DNA of 63,872 bases, counting the filler, from Olpidium bornovanus S191 (taxonomy: Eukaryota > Fungi > Olpidiomycota), in assembly GCA_017911155.1 (NCBI GenBank). It is 30 parts of 30 records of this genome, joined end to end, with 100 filler letters (N's around TTAATTAATTAA, not from the genome) between each part and the next. Parts side by side here need not be neighbours in the genome. Positions count along the whole stretch, not along the records: positions 22,228 to 23,843 come from JAEFCI010009929.1; positions 23,944 to 28,022 come from JAEFCI010003145.1; positions 28,123 to 30,903 come from JAEFCI010002550.1; positions 31,004 to 32,296 come from JAEFCI010004907.1; positions 32,397 to 35,627 come from JAEFCI010006834.1; 25 more parts are not named here. The stretch is one strand, 5' to 3'. The notes beneath the pieces are model-generated. The model saw only the letters and a list, made by a program, of their open reading frames with translations. It was not told where the DNA came from and did not search any database. Both the position numbers and the translations under genes were made by a program. Shown here one piece after another: positions 22,228 to 34,769 of this stretch. Numbering within the stretch: the first letter of the stretch is position 1; each line of letters opens with the position of its first letter.

Positions 22228-23293
22228 CATGTTCTTCTGCACCTCGTCCGATACAAGCCCGCACACGTGCCTCGCGTATTGGTCCAGACTAGCTGTAGTC
22301 TTTCCGATGAGAGGGAAAAGTTTCATGTAGCGGCGGATGCCCTCCTGGTCTCCGGCCTGGGCGGCTTTCTCAAACTCCTGGGTAATGACGTCCGACAGTG
22401 TCTGTTGCGCTTCCGCCAACAGCTCTCCGGCGTTTTTGGAGTTACGCGATGCGGGAAGAGCGTAATCGGCCAAACTGCCCTCGACGACACGACGGTCCAG
22501 CTTCTTTGACCGGTGGACGTGCTCCGCCGCAGCCTCATAGTCGCGATCCTTAATCGCTTTCTCTACTCCTGATACACATTTCTGCAAGCGACTAACAAAC
22601 GTCAACGAGCAAAGCACGTCGCGAAACACTGTACAGCGGGGACATTGCCGGATTTTCAACATGCCTTGAGCTCTTGGATATCTTCTACTATATTTATCGC
22701 TTCTTTGACGCGCGACTGGGGAATGCGCTCGTTAAAGATTTTCGAGAAAGTCCCAGAACTTTGGTCGCGGGACATCCGATAACGGCTTCTGACCTGTTCT
22801 AAATCAAGCTGTCGCACTTTCACGCTGATCGACTCGGCAAGGCGCGATGTCCTGGCGATGTTCTCAAAGAGTTTCGAGCAACCTCCCCACAGGCTCTCCA
22901 GTTGTGGCCTGAACGAAAGGCTGTCCGATTTAGAGAGATACGCCGGCGAACGAGTTCTTCTATTGAACGGACGACTGGCTGCCAAAGCACCGCACAGCCC
23001 GTTCGTGATCCTTTCTTTCTCTCCCAACATGAGCCCCCCCTTTGTTTGTCCAAAACGCCCAGCTGCGCCTCGAGCTCCGGCCGGCTTTCCAGCAGCCGGT
23101 CGAGGTCGGCGTCCACCTGCGTCTCATATTCGCTCACCAAACGCAGGGCTTGTATCACGTTTCCGATGTCAGTTAGGCGGCGAATCTCCTCGAGAGAATG
23201 CAGCGGCTGCAGAGCCCTGTCCCCGCGGGACGACGATCCTGCCGCGGATGAAGGCGCGTCTGCCGAGCCCGCAGACGAACGCGGTGAGACCAT
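22228..23293 (-). CDS. COG4: Conserved oligomeric Golgi complex subunit 4 (N-terminal part)
   Basis: ETQVDADLDRLL, LAESISVKVRQLDLEQ, SRVKEAINIVEDIQELK, KCVSGVEKAIKDRDYEAAAEHVHR and IRRYMKLFPLIG. Confidence 0.92.
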
Positions 23294-23943
23294 CTGGCTG
23301 AGGCGCGAGTGCCGCGGCTCGCTTTCCTTCGACGGCCCGCGCGGCGGAAGCGTTTGCGGAGACGAAACGCAGCGAAAGCGTGAAAACGCCACAAATTTGA
23401 CTGTTGCATTTTAGCGTGCGTGTCCGGCAGTCTGCGAACCGCACCAAGCGGACCAAATTGAAATTGATTGGGCAATTTGGAAAAAAAAGGCCGGTAGCCC
23501 GCATTTTGGGCAAATGCATTGTGTAAAAAGTAAAGGCTGGCAGCGCACAACCAGAAGCTGGGGTAAGATGCGCGCGTTCCAATTCGGCCTCGCATGGAAA
23601 TAATTATCTCCGCTCCTCATCATGGCTCCAACAACCACAAAAAAAAGTTACACAGCATGTAACTCTTTGTGTTCCTCCCGTTTCTTTTTATTGCGGCTCA
23701 TTGGCGTTGCCCTGATCCGCGCCTTTGGCTTCGCATCGGCCAGGCACGCCAGCTCCGTGTGGCTGGTCATCTGGCGGAATTCCTGTGCCTTTCGGCGTAT
23801 TTTTCGGCCTCGTTTCTTTTGACCAGTTGGCCGGCGCGCGCGCNNNNNNNNNNNNNNNNNNNNNNNNNNNNNNNNNNNNNNNNNNNNTTAATTAATTAAN
23901 NNNNNNNNNNNNNNNNNNNNNNNNNNNNNNNNNNNNNNNNNNN

Positions 23944-26900
23944 AAGCCAGTACTCCGAACCCTCCCTGTCGCCGACAAAGATCAGCTACGTTCACAGCTC
24001 CACAGCGACGGCAGCTGTAACAGAGGAAGACCGGACGCAACTCACGGACGCGCTGAACAACATGCTACGGTTGAACGTGGCGCAGCACCAGGCAGATCGT
24101 CAACAGCGGAGGTCAAACAAAGATCCGTCAACCCGGGTCCCAAAGCTCCAAACGAGGCTCGTTTTTGGCGTTCCGGGCGGGACAGCCCCTCGTGATTCCG
24201 AAAAGTACGCCTGCCCGGCCTCTGTGTCCGAACCTGATGGTCTTCGGCCCCAGAGCTTACCCAGATCGGGCCAACCGGCGGAAGTGGACCTCGGAAAGAA
24301 GCTCCAATCCCGGCGCGCGGCAGTCCGGGAGCTCGTGATCTCAGAACAGTCCTTTCTGTCTGACATGATCGTCCTGCGTGACGCGTGTTTCCTCCCGGCC
24401 AAATCCCTCGTGTCTGCGGACTGCATGTCAGAGCGGGACCTGAAAACGCTCTTCTCGAACCTGCCCGTTCTAATCACGTTCTCGGGCGAGTTTCTCGAAC
24501 TTCTGGCGGCGGCTGGAAATGTGGATCTGATTACGGAAGGGGCATCCTCCACAGCTTCCGCGGAGTCCGTCGGCGCCGAAACGACCCGAACGAGGGACGA
24601 TGCGGTGCCTATGCGGGACTGGATCGGCGAGGCTTTTCTGCAATTGAGCTCCCAGATGGCGGAACTGTACGCGGACTACTGCTCCCGCCATGAGGCGGCG
24701 GTAACCCGACTGCAGGAACTGGAGTCCGGCGTGTCCTCGGATAACCGCGGCGTGGTGTCTCAGTACATTAAAGACTGCTCAGAACGGATAAAAGGCAAGA
24801 CCAACGCCTGGGATATTGGGAGCCTGCTCATCAAACCGGTACAGCGAGTGCTGAAGTACCCACTGCTTCTTCAGGTCGGGTTTTGTGCTGACGATTGACT
24901 TCCAAGTGGCCATCTCGGTGCCAGTTAAGCTAACGATGCAGAGTATTTCTGCTAACCTGCCGGGGTGTAGGCAATTTTTAAAGAGACGCCTGACGACCAT
25001 CCGGATTTTGAAAGCCTGAAATTTGCGATAACGGAAGCTCAGAAGGTTGCTGATCATGTGAACGAGATCAAGAAACGGAAAGACCTCGTGGAACAGATTA
25101 CGGGGGTCAAGAAGAAAGACGTCGACGTATGCCTTGCGCTTGGTGGCAGCGTGGCGAAGGTCGAAAGATCGGTTGTAATTTACTTTTGCGCGAACCGCCC
25201 AATGAATCCGTTGCGCGTTTCCCGGACCCGTAGTTTGTGTGCGCACACTTTGGCATCCCAGTTGTATTGTGCGCTGGAAGCGAACGCCGCTGCTGAACAC
25301 TTTGCTTTCGCGGACGTCTGTGCGCATTAGCCATGGCATTAACAAGAAGTGGTCTCGAGCCGGACAGCAGCTGAAGCTTGCCGCCGGCATCGGTGGAGAT
25401 GTAGGGGTAAGCGGTCGTCTCATTATTTGTTACCCCGGTCGCCGCGACCGTTTGAGGGATATCGCGCACCGCGGTCGCGAGCTGACGCGACGTCATCACT
25501 TGGTGCAGGTCGACCCCGTCTTCGAGGCCCTCGTTGAGCGGTTGGATATCATCGAGTATCAGTCCCGCCTGTTTACCAGATACGTCGCCAATTGGTTGAA
25601 GTCGTTGAAACGTACGTCCCGCCTATACCGAGGGACCTGACGACATAATCCTTAGGTAGAAATTTCACGGGAAACCGCACTGAGGGACGTTTACCCACGC
25701 TACCCAGACTCCGCTTCCAGCCTGGACGAGCTTGCCTCCACTCTCGAAAACATCTACGCGCTGAATACCACTGACGCGGCGCTGACGAAGGGCCCGCAGC
25801 GAGTGCTGAATGTTATGGAGTACCGGAAACGTGTCGGCGTCGTTATGAACAACCTGCTGCGACGGTTGGTTGGTATAAATTTTCGTGCGGGCAGATTTTT
25901 TTATGCGTAACGGATCTTGCGCGACGGCAGAAAGGGCTGATATCTCCGGTCGCCGTTTGGCACATCAGGAGGCCAAAGCGAAGGAGAAAGTCTTCCTTCC
26001 CGTCGAGGAGATCTCCAAGATGAGGTCAGGGATCGATGCGGTGATGGGGAAGAGAGCGAAGAAGCTCCTAGATTATACCAAATCGGAGGGCATGCGAGCG
26101 AAGGGCGACACGGTATGTTTGTTGCTTTGTTCGTGGCCACGTTCCAACGTTAAACCTGAGCTGACCATTGCGGTCATCGCCTTTCCCCTAGCCGGACAAA
26201 GCTCTTCAGGAGTCCGCGGACGCCTACGTCTCCATTCACGGCCAGCTTCTGGACGAACTGCCGAAGTTCGTCGGATACTGCATTCAGTACCTGGACACGC
26301 TGCTCTGCCAAGTTGCGGCGCTGCAGCGCGAGTTCCACGACGGCGTGGCCGCCGTTCTCACGGACCTCGCGCGGCGGGCGGGGTTCCTAGGAAACGACGA
26401 GAGTTCGGCCCCCCCGATGTCCTCGATCGCCAAGGAGTACGTCCGCCGGTTGGTGGAGGACAACGTCGACGGAATGATCAAGAGTCTCTCGGTCATAGGG
26501 TGGAGGAAGCATCCCGACGGTAAAGCTGTCCCTGCTTTGTCTAGCGGCGAAGCGCCCCTTGCCAGTGAGCTTCAATCCGGGGTGCCTGACGCTCGAGGCG
26601 TGGTCTGGCTCGACGCCTGTTGCTTTTCTGCCAAAGGTGCACGTTTGACGGAGCTCGGTGCGTGGCGGCACTGCCTCCTCACGGCGGTCCACGGGCAGGA
26701 TTTGTTTTTTCCGAGTGTTTACCGCCCTTTCTTGCTTTTCAGATTTCCGGACAAGAAGCTCGTCTTTAACTGGGCTGGACAGCGACTGCACGTGGCCAAG
26801 TACGATGGTCACAGCAGAATATTTTCGACTTATTTTTCCCGTCTCCCCCTCCCCCCCCCAATTTTTAACGGCGTTCTGAAGCACGGACTTGGTGATTGCC

Positions 26901-27556
26901 CAGATCGCGACCGAACGCCTGGCCGCGAGCGGCGCAGGCCTAAAGCGGAGGGAATTCCCACAGGCAATCTGATATCTTTTGACTCCGGTAGGCGCGCTCT
27001 TTTTTTTTCCCCCGGGGCTCCGCCGTCTGTTTGCACGTTGCACAGAGGTCGCTGACCCCTCCCCCCCTCGTGTCCCTTTTTTTGATTTTGGCCGTCACAA
27101 GATCCGGCCTCACCGACCGACCCGTTCGCCGATCCGGAGTCTGCTCACGACCCGTTCCAGTCGTCGAACTGCTCGTCGCGGGCGCCGTCGTCCGCGTCGT
27201 CCCGCTCGCCCATGCGGCTGGCTAACAACCCGGAGACCCCGGAGTCCGCGCCCGCGGCCGGCCGCAGGGCGCATGAGGCGGCCCCCGACCGCTTTCGCTC
27301 GCGGTCGGACGCGGTCCACGCCCGCGCTGCGGCGACGGGCTTATCCGCCACTTTGGTCTCCGGGCGCGCCACGCCGCCTCTCTTCAGCGCCGCCGTCGCG
27401 TACGCGTACCGGCCCGACGACCCGGCGCACCTCCGCCTCGAGGAGGGTGATGTGGTAAACGTCCGTCGGTGCTCGCCCGGCTGGTGGTTCGGGGAGGACA
27501 TCGAGACGGGGGCGACCGGGTGGTTCCCGGAGAGCTACTGCGTCAGGATGGAGTAA
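23944..27556 (+). CDS. RhoGEF with DH, BAR and C-terminal SH3 domains (Tuba/DNMBP-Gef1-like; multi-exon, 5' partial)
   Basis: DH domain: VRELVISEQSFLSDM, LFSNL, YADYCSRH, LLIKPVQRVLKYPLLL, DHPDFESL. BAR-like region: DPVFEALVERL..VANWLKSL. SH3: AVAYAYRPDDPAHLRLEEGDVV..GWWFG..GATGWFPESYC. Confidence 0.85.
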
Positions 27557-28858
27557 AACTAGGCCGCGGGGGGGGGGGGAGGGGGAAGGAATGTTTGCAT
27601 TGCGTTATACCTGAATCCTTCTCATCGATCTTCTGAATTAACCTTAAAGTTCCCCATTATCTGCGTGGTTTCCTTAATCAAATCATTGAAAAAGAGCCAC
27701 CCGTAACGTTCGCATTGCCGTGGGTACGTCCGGAAACAATGTCAAGCTGCACAGGGCCGGGCCTTTGATCCCAGCTTTGCTCAGGGAGAAACATACATGG
27801 TTTAGCGACGGGGAATGGGGAAAGCGTACGAATTAGATTTCTAGAACGGAAGGGGACGGTAGGGCAATAGCTTTGGCAATAGGGTCCGGTCTGGAGAAGA
27901 GACATGTACAAAGAGCGGAACACGGTGCGCCGGCCCGAGTCTGGGTCCGGCGCCTATATTCAGTTGGGCTCCGGCCTCACGAAGCCGGTTAGCAGGATTA
28001 AAAAAAAACCACCAAATCACAGNNNNNNNNNNNNNNNNNNNNNNNNNNNNNNNNNNNNNNNNNNNNTTAATTAATTAANNNNNNNNNNNNNNNNNNNNNN
28101 NNNNNNNNNNNNNNNNNNNNNNAAAATTCGTCGGCTCGGCTGCCGATTCTCCCGTCTTTTTCCGGTTGCATCATTCGTGTTCGCTCGATCGGACCTGAAA
28201 TGCGCAATGGAAAGGACGTACGTGCACTGCGCGTTCACGCGGGTTGACGATGACATCACACGGAATATTTTTCGAGAGAATGTTGCATTCACTGCGGGAT
28301 ATACCCTCATGCAGTGTTGACCTTTGTAATGTCGTAAAATGCCTCCCCAACGAGGGGGAACGGGCGAGGCGTCGTCCTCGGGAAAAAAAGAAGGAATCGG
28401 CGGCATCCCATTATCCCATTCCCACTTCCTTGAGGGCAGCTTCGCCTCCCCTGGTGTTACACCCGCGTCGCAGGATCAGAGTGGACCGCAGACAGAAGCA
28501 ATTACAGCCAGCCCAATTGGTGTCGCGGATATCTTTCTGGGAGTGGTGCTAGGTAATTGCGAACGACTTTAACGGGGCCCACACAAACGCTTTAAAACGT
28601 GCAAGCATATCTGAGTGCTGCAAACGGCATGCGGTTGAGCCGCCCATCCCGTTCTCACTGGGCCTCTCCCAAACCGACACTGGACTTTATAAGCGAGCGT
28701 GTATGACCAACCGCGGACCGGCCGCCGGAAGGACGTTCCTTTGTAATGACATCCGAGAGACGCCGTGGGTGGCCAATAAATAGAAATGCGGAATTTTTTT
28801 TTTTTTTTGCTCTTTGCCGACGCTGCGCACGACTTCCTCGCGTTCAGCTGGTTGCGGG

Positions 28859-30903
28859 TCAGTCCAACGGGAAGAAAGTGGATCCAGATTTCCGCACCGT
28901 CGGACCGCGGGCCGGGGACTCGGGACCGTCTGCCAACAAACGGAGCTCTGTCATGGACCGCGACCTGATCATGGGGTTCTCGAAGGAATGTCGGCCGCCG
29001 GACGCGACGGCCGCGTGTGCGGCGTTGGCGACGGCGGCGGCAGGCGGCGGCCTTGGCTGAGACAGCGGTTGGGGCCTGCCGGCGGCCGGGCCGGCCGCCG
29101 CCGCCGCCGCTGCCGGAGCGGGCGGCGCGAGGGAAGCCGGCGTCCGCGGAGTCCGGTAAATTTCTTCGCGGTCGGGTTCCAGCGGCGTCACCACCTCTTC
29201 CAGCGACGCGGTGCGCTTGGGTATCTGCAGCGACCACTCGGACCCGCGGACGGGGCGGAAACCCTTCGCCCGCGGGTCGCGGAACCCGAGCGCGCGGTCG
29301 ACCAGGCCGATGTCCTCGCTGCCGGCGCGCCCGCCGAGGGCGATTCCCCGCGGCCGCCGGCGGAAGAGCGTCGACCAGCGGCGCCCGACGCAGAGCAGGA
29401 CGGCCGCGAAGGGGACGAGCGAGGCGGCTAGGACGTAAGCCAGTATCCGCCCGCTCGCCGCGGCGCCGGGCGACGCCTCGCCGGCCGCTTTCCGGCTGCC
29501 GCAGGTGCTCGAGCCGTTGGCGAGCGTCTCCGCGTCGCGCGCAGAGCACGTCCCGAAGAAGGTCAATTTCCAGGCCTGCAGGACGCCGGGCTTCGGCCGT
29601 CCGCCCGCCGGACCTCTCGGCGGGCCGCCGCCGCCGCCGTCGACGACCGAGAGGAACCAGTCCCCCACGGGGTCTTCGCCCCAGTGCAGCACGGTGGTGA
29701 ACTTCCAGCCCGAGTACCCCTCGGTGGAATTGTCCGTCGCCCGCTCCGTCGCCAGCACGGAGCGGGTGCCGCTGGGGGACTCGAGCTCGATCCGCAGCCG
29801 GCCGCGGAAGGGGTGCGCGATCCAGACGGCGACCTGCACGCTCTCAAGGTACGTCAGGGACTCCACGGCGGCCGCGTCCACCGCGTGCCGGACGCGGAGG
29901 AGCTCGTCGTCCGCGAGCGGGATCTCCGCGTTGCACGCCTTCTTCTCCGCGTGGTGCACCAGCTGCGGCCGCGGGACCAGCGCGTGGCGGCGCGCGCCCT
30001 CCACCAGCGCCGCCGCGTCCATCATGCCGAAACCGTACCGGTGGCTGACGCGGCGCCCGCTGCCGTTGGTTTCCCAGGAGGCGTCCGAGATGTCCGTCAC
30101 CACGGCCTTCTCCACGATCAGGTGCTGCACGTCCCGCCACGTGAGCTCCGGGCGCACTTGCAGCATCAAGGCCACCACGCCCGCCGCCAGGGGCGCGGCC
30201 GCGGACGTCCCGGAGTGCTCCTTGGTGCACGTGTTGCCGACGTCGGTGGTGGACTGTGGGGGAAGCGGGGGCGTCAGCCGCGCGGTGCGCCGTCAAATCA
30301 CTCAAGGGGGGGGGAGAGGGGCACCTCGGGGAATTTCGTTTCCCCCCCCCCCCCCACCCACCCTTCCCGCAGCACAAACCGTGCGGAACCGCCCTTCTCA
30401 GATACCCCGCTCCTCCGAACGCCGGAGCGGTGCGCCCCGCGCTGCGCAAGGAAGGTGGAGAACCTACGATGAAGTGGCCTTGTCCGCTGCTGAACGTGAC
30501 CGCGAGGATGGCAGAGCACTCCTCGCTGTAGTACGCCTGCACGCCCTCCTTCGTGATCGCGCCGATGGAGATCGTGTACGGGCTGTTGGCGTACCCGTCG
30601 AAATTGCAGTTGTCCTCGACGGCCCTGCCGTTCCCGGCGGCAAACACGTAGATGGATCCGCGCCCGCCGCGGCCGCGGGCCGTCCCCTCCGCGAGGGCGC
30701 GCTGCGTGAGGAGCCCCGGGCCCTCGACCGCCGTCCCGTCGTCCCCGGGGCCCCACGAGGAGCTGTAGATGTCGTTTTTGTCCATGTACCACGTGAACGC
30801 CGCCGCCTCGTCGCTGTCGGTCGGCCAGTCGGAGATCAGGCGCTCGCCGGCGATGCGGGCGCCGTACGCGACGCCGACGCCGCAGACGTCGTTAGGCCGG
30901 GCC
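28859..30903 (-). CDS. KEX2: Kexin/furin-like subtilisin proprotein convertase (5' truncated)
   Basis: DIYSSSWGPGDDG, YVFAAGNG, DNCNFDGYANS, HSGTSAAAP and LTWRDVQHL, followed by a P-domain, a TM segment and a cytosolic tail. One intron at ~30255-30467. Confidence 0.95.
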
Positions 30904-32397
30904 NNNNNNNNNNNNNNNNNNNNNNNNNNNNNNNNNNNNNNNNNNNNTTAATTAATTAANNNNNNNNNNNNNNNNNNNNNNNNNNNNNNNNNNNNNNNNN
31001 NNNCATGTTCGCGGTCGGTTTTGCTGTGATCGCCGTCCTGATCGTCTTCCTCAGCTGTGCAAAACGTGTGGACGAGAGGGCGTGTTGCAGCGGCACTCGG
31101 GCTCGCGCGGGAAACTGCGTCAACCGCTTCCCCGCACTCGCAGCGCGTTTTTGGCCTTGCCCACTGCTCCGTTTTGCCGCAAGTTAATGGCGAGCTAGCT
31201 CTAATAGCCGGCGGCGTTCTGGAAGGCCAACGACGAACGCGCAGGACTCCACAGCTCTCTCTCCGCCTCTTCCTGCAGCTCCTCGTGATTGCGAAGTTGG
31301 AGTCCATTATCCGGGCACCCGCGGGTGTTATCACGGTTTACGACAGACCGTTGGCGATCCGCAACGTCGCGGACCGCGCCCAAAAGTCCTCGCCTGATGC
31401 AAGAAACGCCGGGTTGAGCCCATGTTGTGCACGCCAGCGACCGGAGAAAATAGGGGCATTTATGAGTTACGCGGCCTCAGGCAGACAGCAGCCTGGCCTC
31501 CAGCGGGGAGAGGTGCACGGTCTCAGGTACGGCGCAGCCGTCAACCGGCAGAGGTCCTGTGCTCGGCCAAAGGTTGCACCATGGTGCACCACCGGCGGCC
31601 TTAGGTTGCGACACGTCGTACCAATCGTGGAACTGGTTCTCAGCGGTCCCGCTGCCCTCGGGCGTCTCTTGTCGCGTCCGCCTGCTCTCTGCATTCTCAC
31701 CCGCCGCCGCCGCAACCGTCGACGGTTCCTCTCACTCCGCCGTGGTTCTCTCCTCTCTCTCCGCCGTCGTCCCGTCGCCGCCGCAGCCGCCGACGGTTCT
31801 TCTCTCTCCTCCGTGGTTCTCTCCGCCATGGTGCTCTCCGCCGTGGTTCTCTCCCGTCCCCCCCCCCCCCCCCCCCCGTTTTTTTCCCCCCCCCCCCCCC
31901 TTTTTTTTTCTGCAGTTGTCTGCGCCGCGCGCGCGCGCGCCCGGCGGGTTGCTAAGCAACGGACGGGGGAAAAGTCGGGTCGGGGGACGCGGGCCACCTC
32001 CTGACGCAGGCGACGACAAGAAAGCACGGCTTATTCGTCCTTCCAGCGTCCTCCTGCGGCGTAGCCAGGAGATACCTTCTCGCGCTCTCTACGTAAAACA
32101 ATCTCCAACGTGTCTGGAGTAGTAGTAGCATAATTGTCAATTGGGGGGGGGAATACCTGCTTGGCTCTCAACGGTCATTTCATTTTTTCGCGCTCACCAC
32201 AAAAGCAAAAAGAAAGATTGGGACGGCGAGAAAGAACTACGGGCGGGGGGGGGGGGGGGGGGAGGGAACCGCGGGGGGGGGCCCCAGGGGGGGGGGNNNN
32301 NNNNNNNNNNNNNNNNNNNNNNNNNNNNNNNNNNNNNNNNTTAATTAATTAANNNNNNNNNNNNNNNNNNNNNNNNNNNNNNNNNNNNNNNNNNNNC

Positions 32398-33105
32398 ATG
32401 CAACCGTGGAGATCCGCATCGCAAGTTAAAGAGAAGGAACCGGCAAAAGCTGCTGCAAGGAGGCCAAAACAGCGAGGAAAGAGGGAGCCGACGAGCGGAA
32501 ATCGGCCTTCGGCGCCGTCCTCGGTCGTGGCACCACCCTCGCCAGAATCGGCCAGCCTCCTGCTCGCCAGGGTGGAAACAATGCTCCGCGAGGAGTCCGC
32601 GAGGAGGACGGACGATCGCGGATTTTTCCACCTGCGGCCGATCCTGTCGCGGCACTCGTCGGCGCCGTCGTTTTCGATGCGCAAAGCCCTCGGCATGCTC
32701 CCGGGAGATCAAACGTGGGCGGCCGCGGAGGACCGGCTGGCGCGCGCGCGGTACTCGGCGATGCCGCCGAAATGGGTTGCCGCCGAGAGAAAACGGGAAG
32801 CAGAAATAAATGCCGGCGTCGTGACCTCCGCCGGCGGGACGCACGGGCCGCGGCTGCCGCCGCTGTTTCCTTCGCGCATACCGAGGTGGCGCAGCGCGCC
32901 AGGTAAAGTGGGTTTCCCGAGCAAGGAGCGCACGGAGCGGATTGGCGTTTCGCCCTTCCACATCCCGCCCGCTCGCCGGCAAAAGGAAGGAGAACCGGGG
33001 CCCGTAAAACAACGTGAAGCTCTGTTGGGACTCCGCGAAGGCGATTTCGGCGAACTTGACGGTATGATTTTTTGCGGGGATGGGGGGGGGGCAGTGACTT
33101 CCTAA
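32398..33105 (+). CDS. Hypothetical protein exon (unrecognised)
   Basis: A 235-aa open frame with protein-like composition, probably continuing into 33182-34356. No family recognised. Confidence 0.3.
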   Translation: MQPWRSASQVKEKEPAKAAARRPKQRGKREPTSGNRPSAPSSVVAPPSPESASLLLARVETMLREESARRTDDRGFFHLRPILSRHSSAPSFSMRKALGMLPGDQTWAAAEDRLARARYSAMPPKWVAAERKREAEINAGVVTSAGGTHGPRLPPLFPSRIPRWRSAPGKVGFPSKERTERIGVSPFHIPPARRQKEGEPGPVKQREALLGLREGDFGELDGMIFCGDGGGAVTS

Positions 33106-34702
33106 TTTCGCTGCGCTGGGGACGACCGCTTAAAGTGATGCGGCCCGCCGCCTGTCCTCAGAATCACTGGGGGCGTTTCTATTGGCCGAGCGCCTGTGCC
33201 TGCACGATCATCTCTCGCCCGACGACGTTGTTCGGGTTCTCAACGACGACATCGGTAGGCGGCGGTCAACGGTAGTTCAAAGCTTGGGGCAAGTCCAGGT
33301 CCGGCCGTCCTCCACATTCCTGGAGCGAGCCTCACCCACGGTGCAGGCTTCGCCATCGGAAGATCATCTGCACCGCCACCTGCAGTCGAATTTCCAGCTG
33401 GCGTTGCGGCACTACCGCGGACCTCGCGAGGGCAGCACCGGCTCCGCGCGAGCACGCCGGAAGTCGTCGGCGCAGGAGGGACGGAGCCCCACTCCGGTCA
33501 AGCCTAATCCTTCACACGGGATTGCAGCGCGTGAGAGACGACGTGCGGTGCGTGAGCGGCCGTCCCTTGTTGACAAGCTCGACGCGCTGAATTCCGCCCT
33601 GCAGAGCCTGCAGAAGGAAAAAACCAACCAACTTCCAATGCGCGGGCCACGCCTGATCGCGATCCTCGCCCGGTTTCTTTTTTGATTTTTTTGTTTTACG
33701 TGCACGCGCGTGTTGCGCGTGTTTTTTCTATTTTTTCTTATCAGAGATCGTGTAGATCGGCGAGGCCGGGCGCAGCAGGATCGACCGGAGAACGGATGCC
33801 TAAGTCGCGCGCGAGGGGCCACGACGGCACCTCTGCCGGCAAGAGCCCGGATGCTGGGCCGTTCGAGAAGCGCTCTCCCCAGCACGTTCCAGCTCCGCCG
33901 TCGACGGTCCCGCCGCCGAGACAGCGCCGGCGGGCGTCGAGAGCCGACGCGGATTCCGCGGCGGCATCTGGCCACGTGCGGCAAGCCGACGCTGCTCCGC
34001 CCCTCCAGACCCCGGACGTGCAGACGGCGTCACGCCCCTGGCACGGCGGCCGCGCGGACGACCGCGGGGCGCTCGATGTCTCAATTGCGGCGGCCGAAGA
34101 GGTGCTGGAAGCGACGATCAACAGCCTCAGCGAGCAGCTGCGCGCCCGGGGAATCGAGCGCGAGCTGCTCTCCCAGGCCTCGCCAACACGAGCCTATCAG
34201 ACGGCGCCCCAGGTAAAGTACCTCCCCGGTCCTCGGTTCGGCGTTTGCCGGTGTGGACTGCCCTCGCGCCGATTCCGCCCGCACCGGCTACAGCATCGCC
34301 AAGTGGCGAAATCCTGCTTAAAGTGCACGCTGCTCGTCCGCCCTGCCGCTCGCTGACGCGCCACCCACCCGGCAACGCGTCACACGTCGTTTAGGTTTTG
34401 CCTGCAGTCCCCGCGACCAACCCGGCGGCGTTCGTAGGGTCGAAGGCGCAGCTTCAGAAGTCATTACCATTGTCATTCGGAAGCGTGGCGACTGCCGTTG
34501 AACCTGCCAGCTTCTTTGCATAATTAGCCGCGCTGACCTTCGGGCGACGCCCAGAAATCACCCGATTCGCCGACCGCGCTTAAAACGCTGCGCAAGCTGC
34601 ACGTCTGCACGCCGCGCCTGGCCCCGCCGTCACGGAGTACATAGAGAGTCCCTCAACACGCAACGCCGTTGCGCCCTACCGATCGCAGCTCCCTGTTAGC
34701 CA

Positions 34703-34705
<3 letters not shown>

Positions 34706-34767
<62 letters not shown>
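34706..34767. repeat. (CA)n microsatellite
   Basis: Directly visible. Confidence 0.97.

Positions 34768-34769
<2 letters not shown>

Noticed and set aside
31004-32296. ORFs in a low-complexity contig
   Set aside because: No recognisable domain and ambiguous strand.
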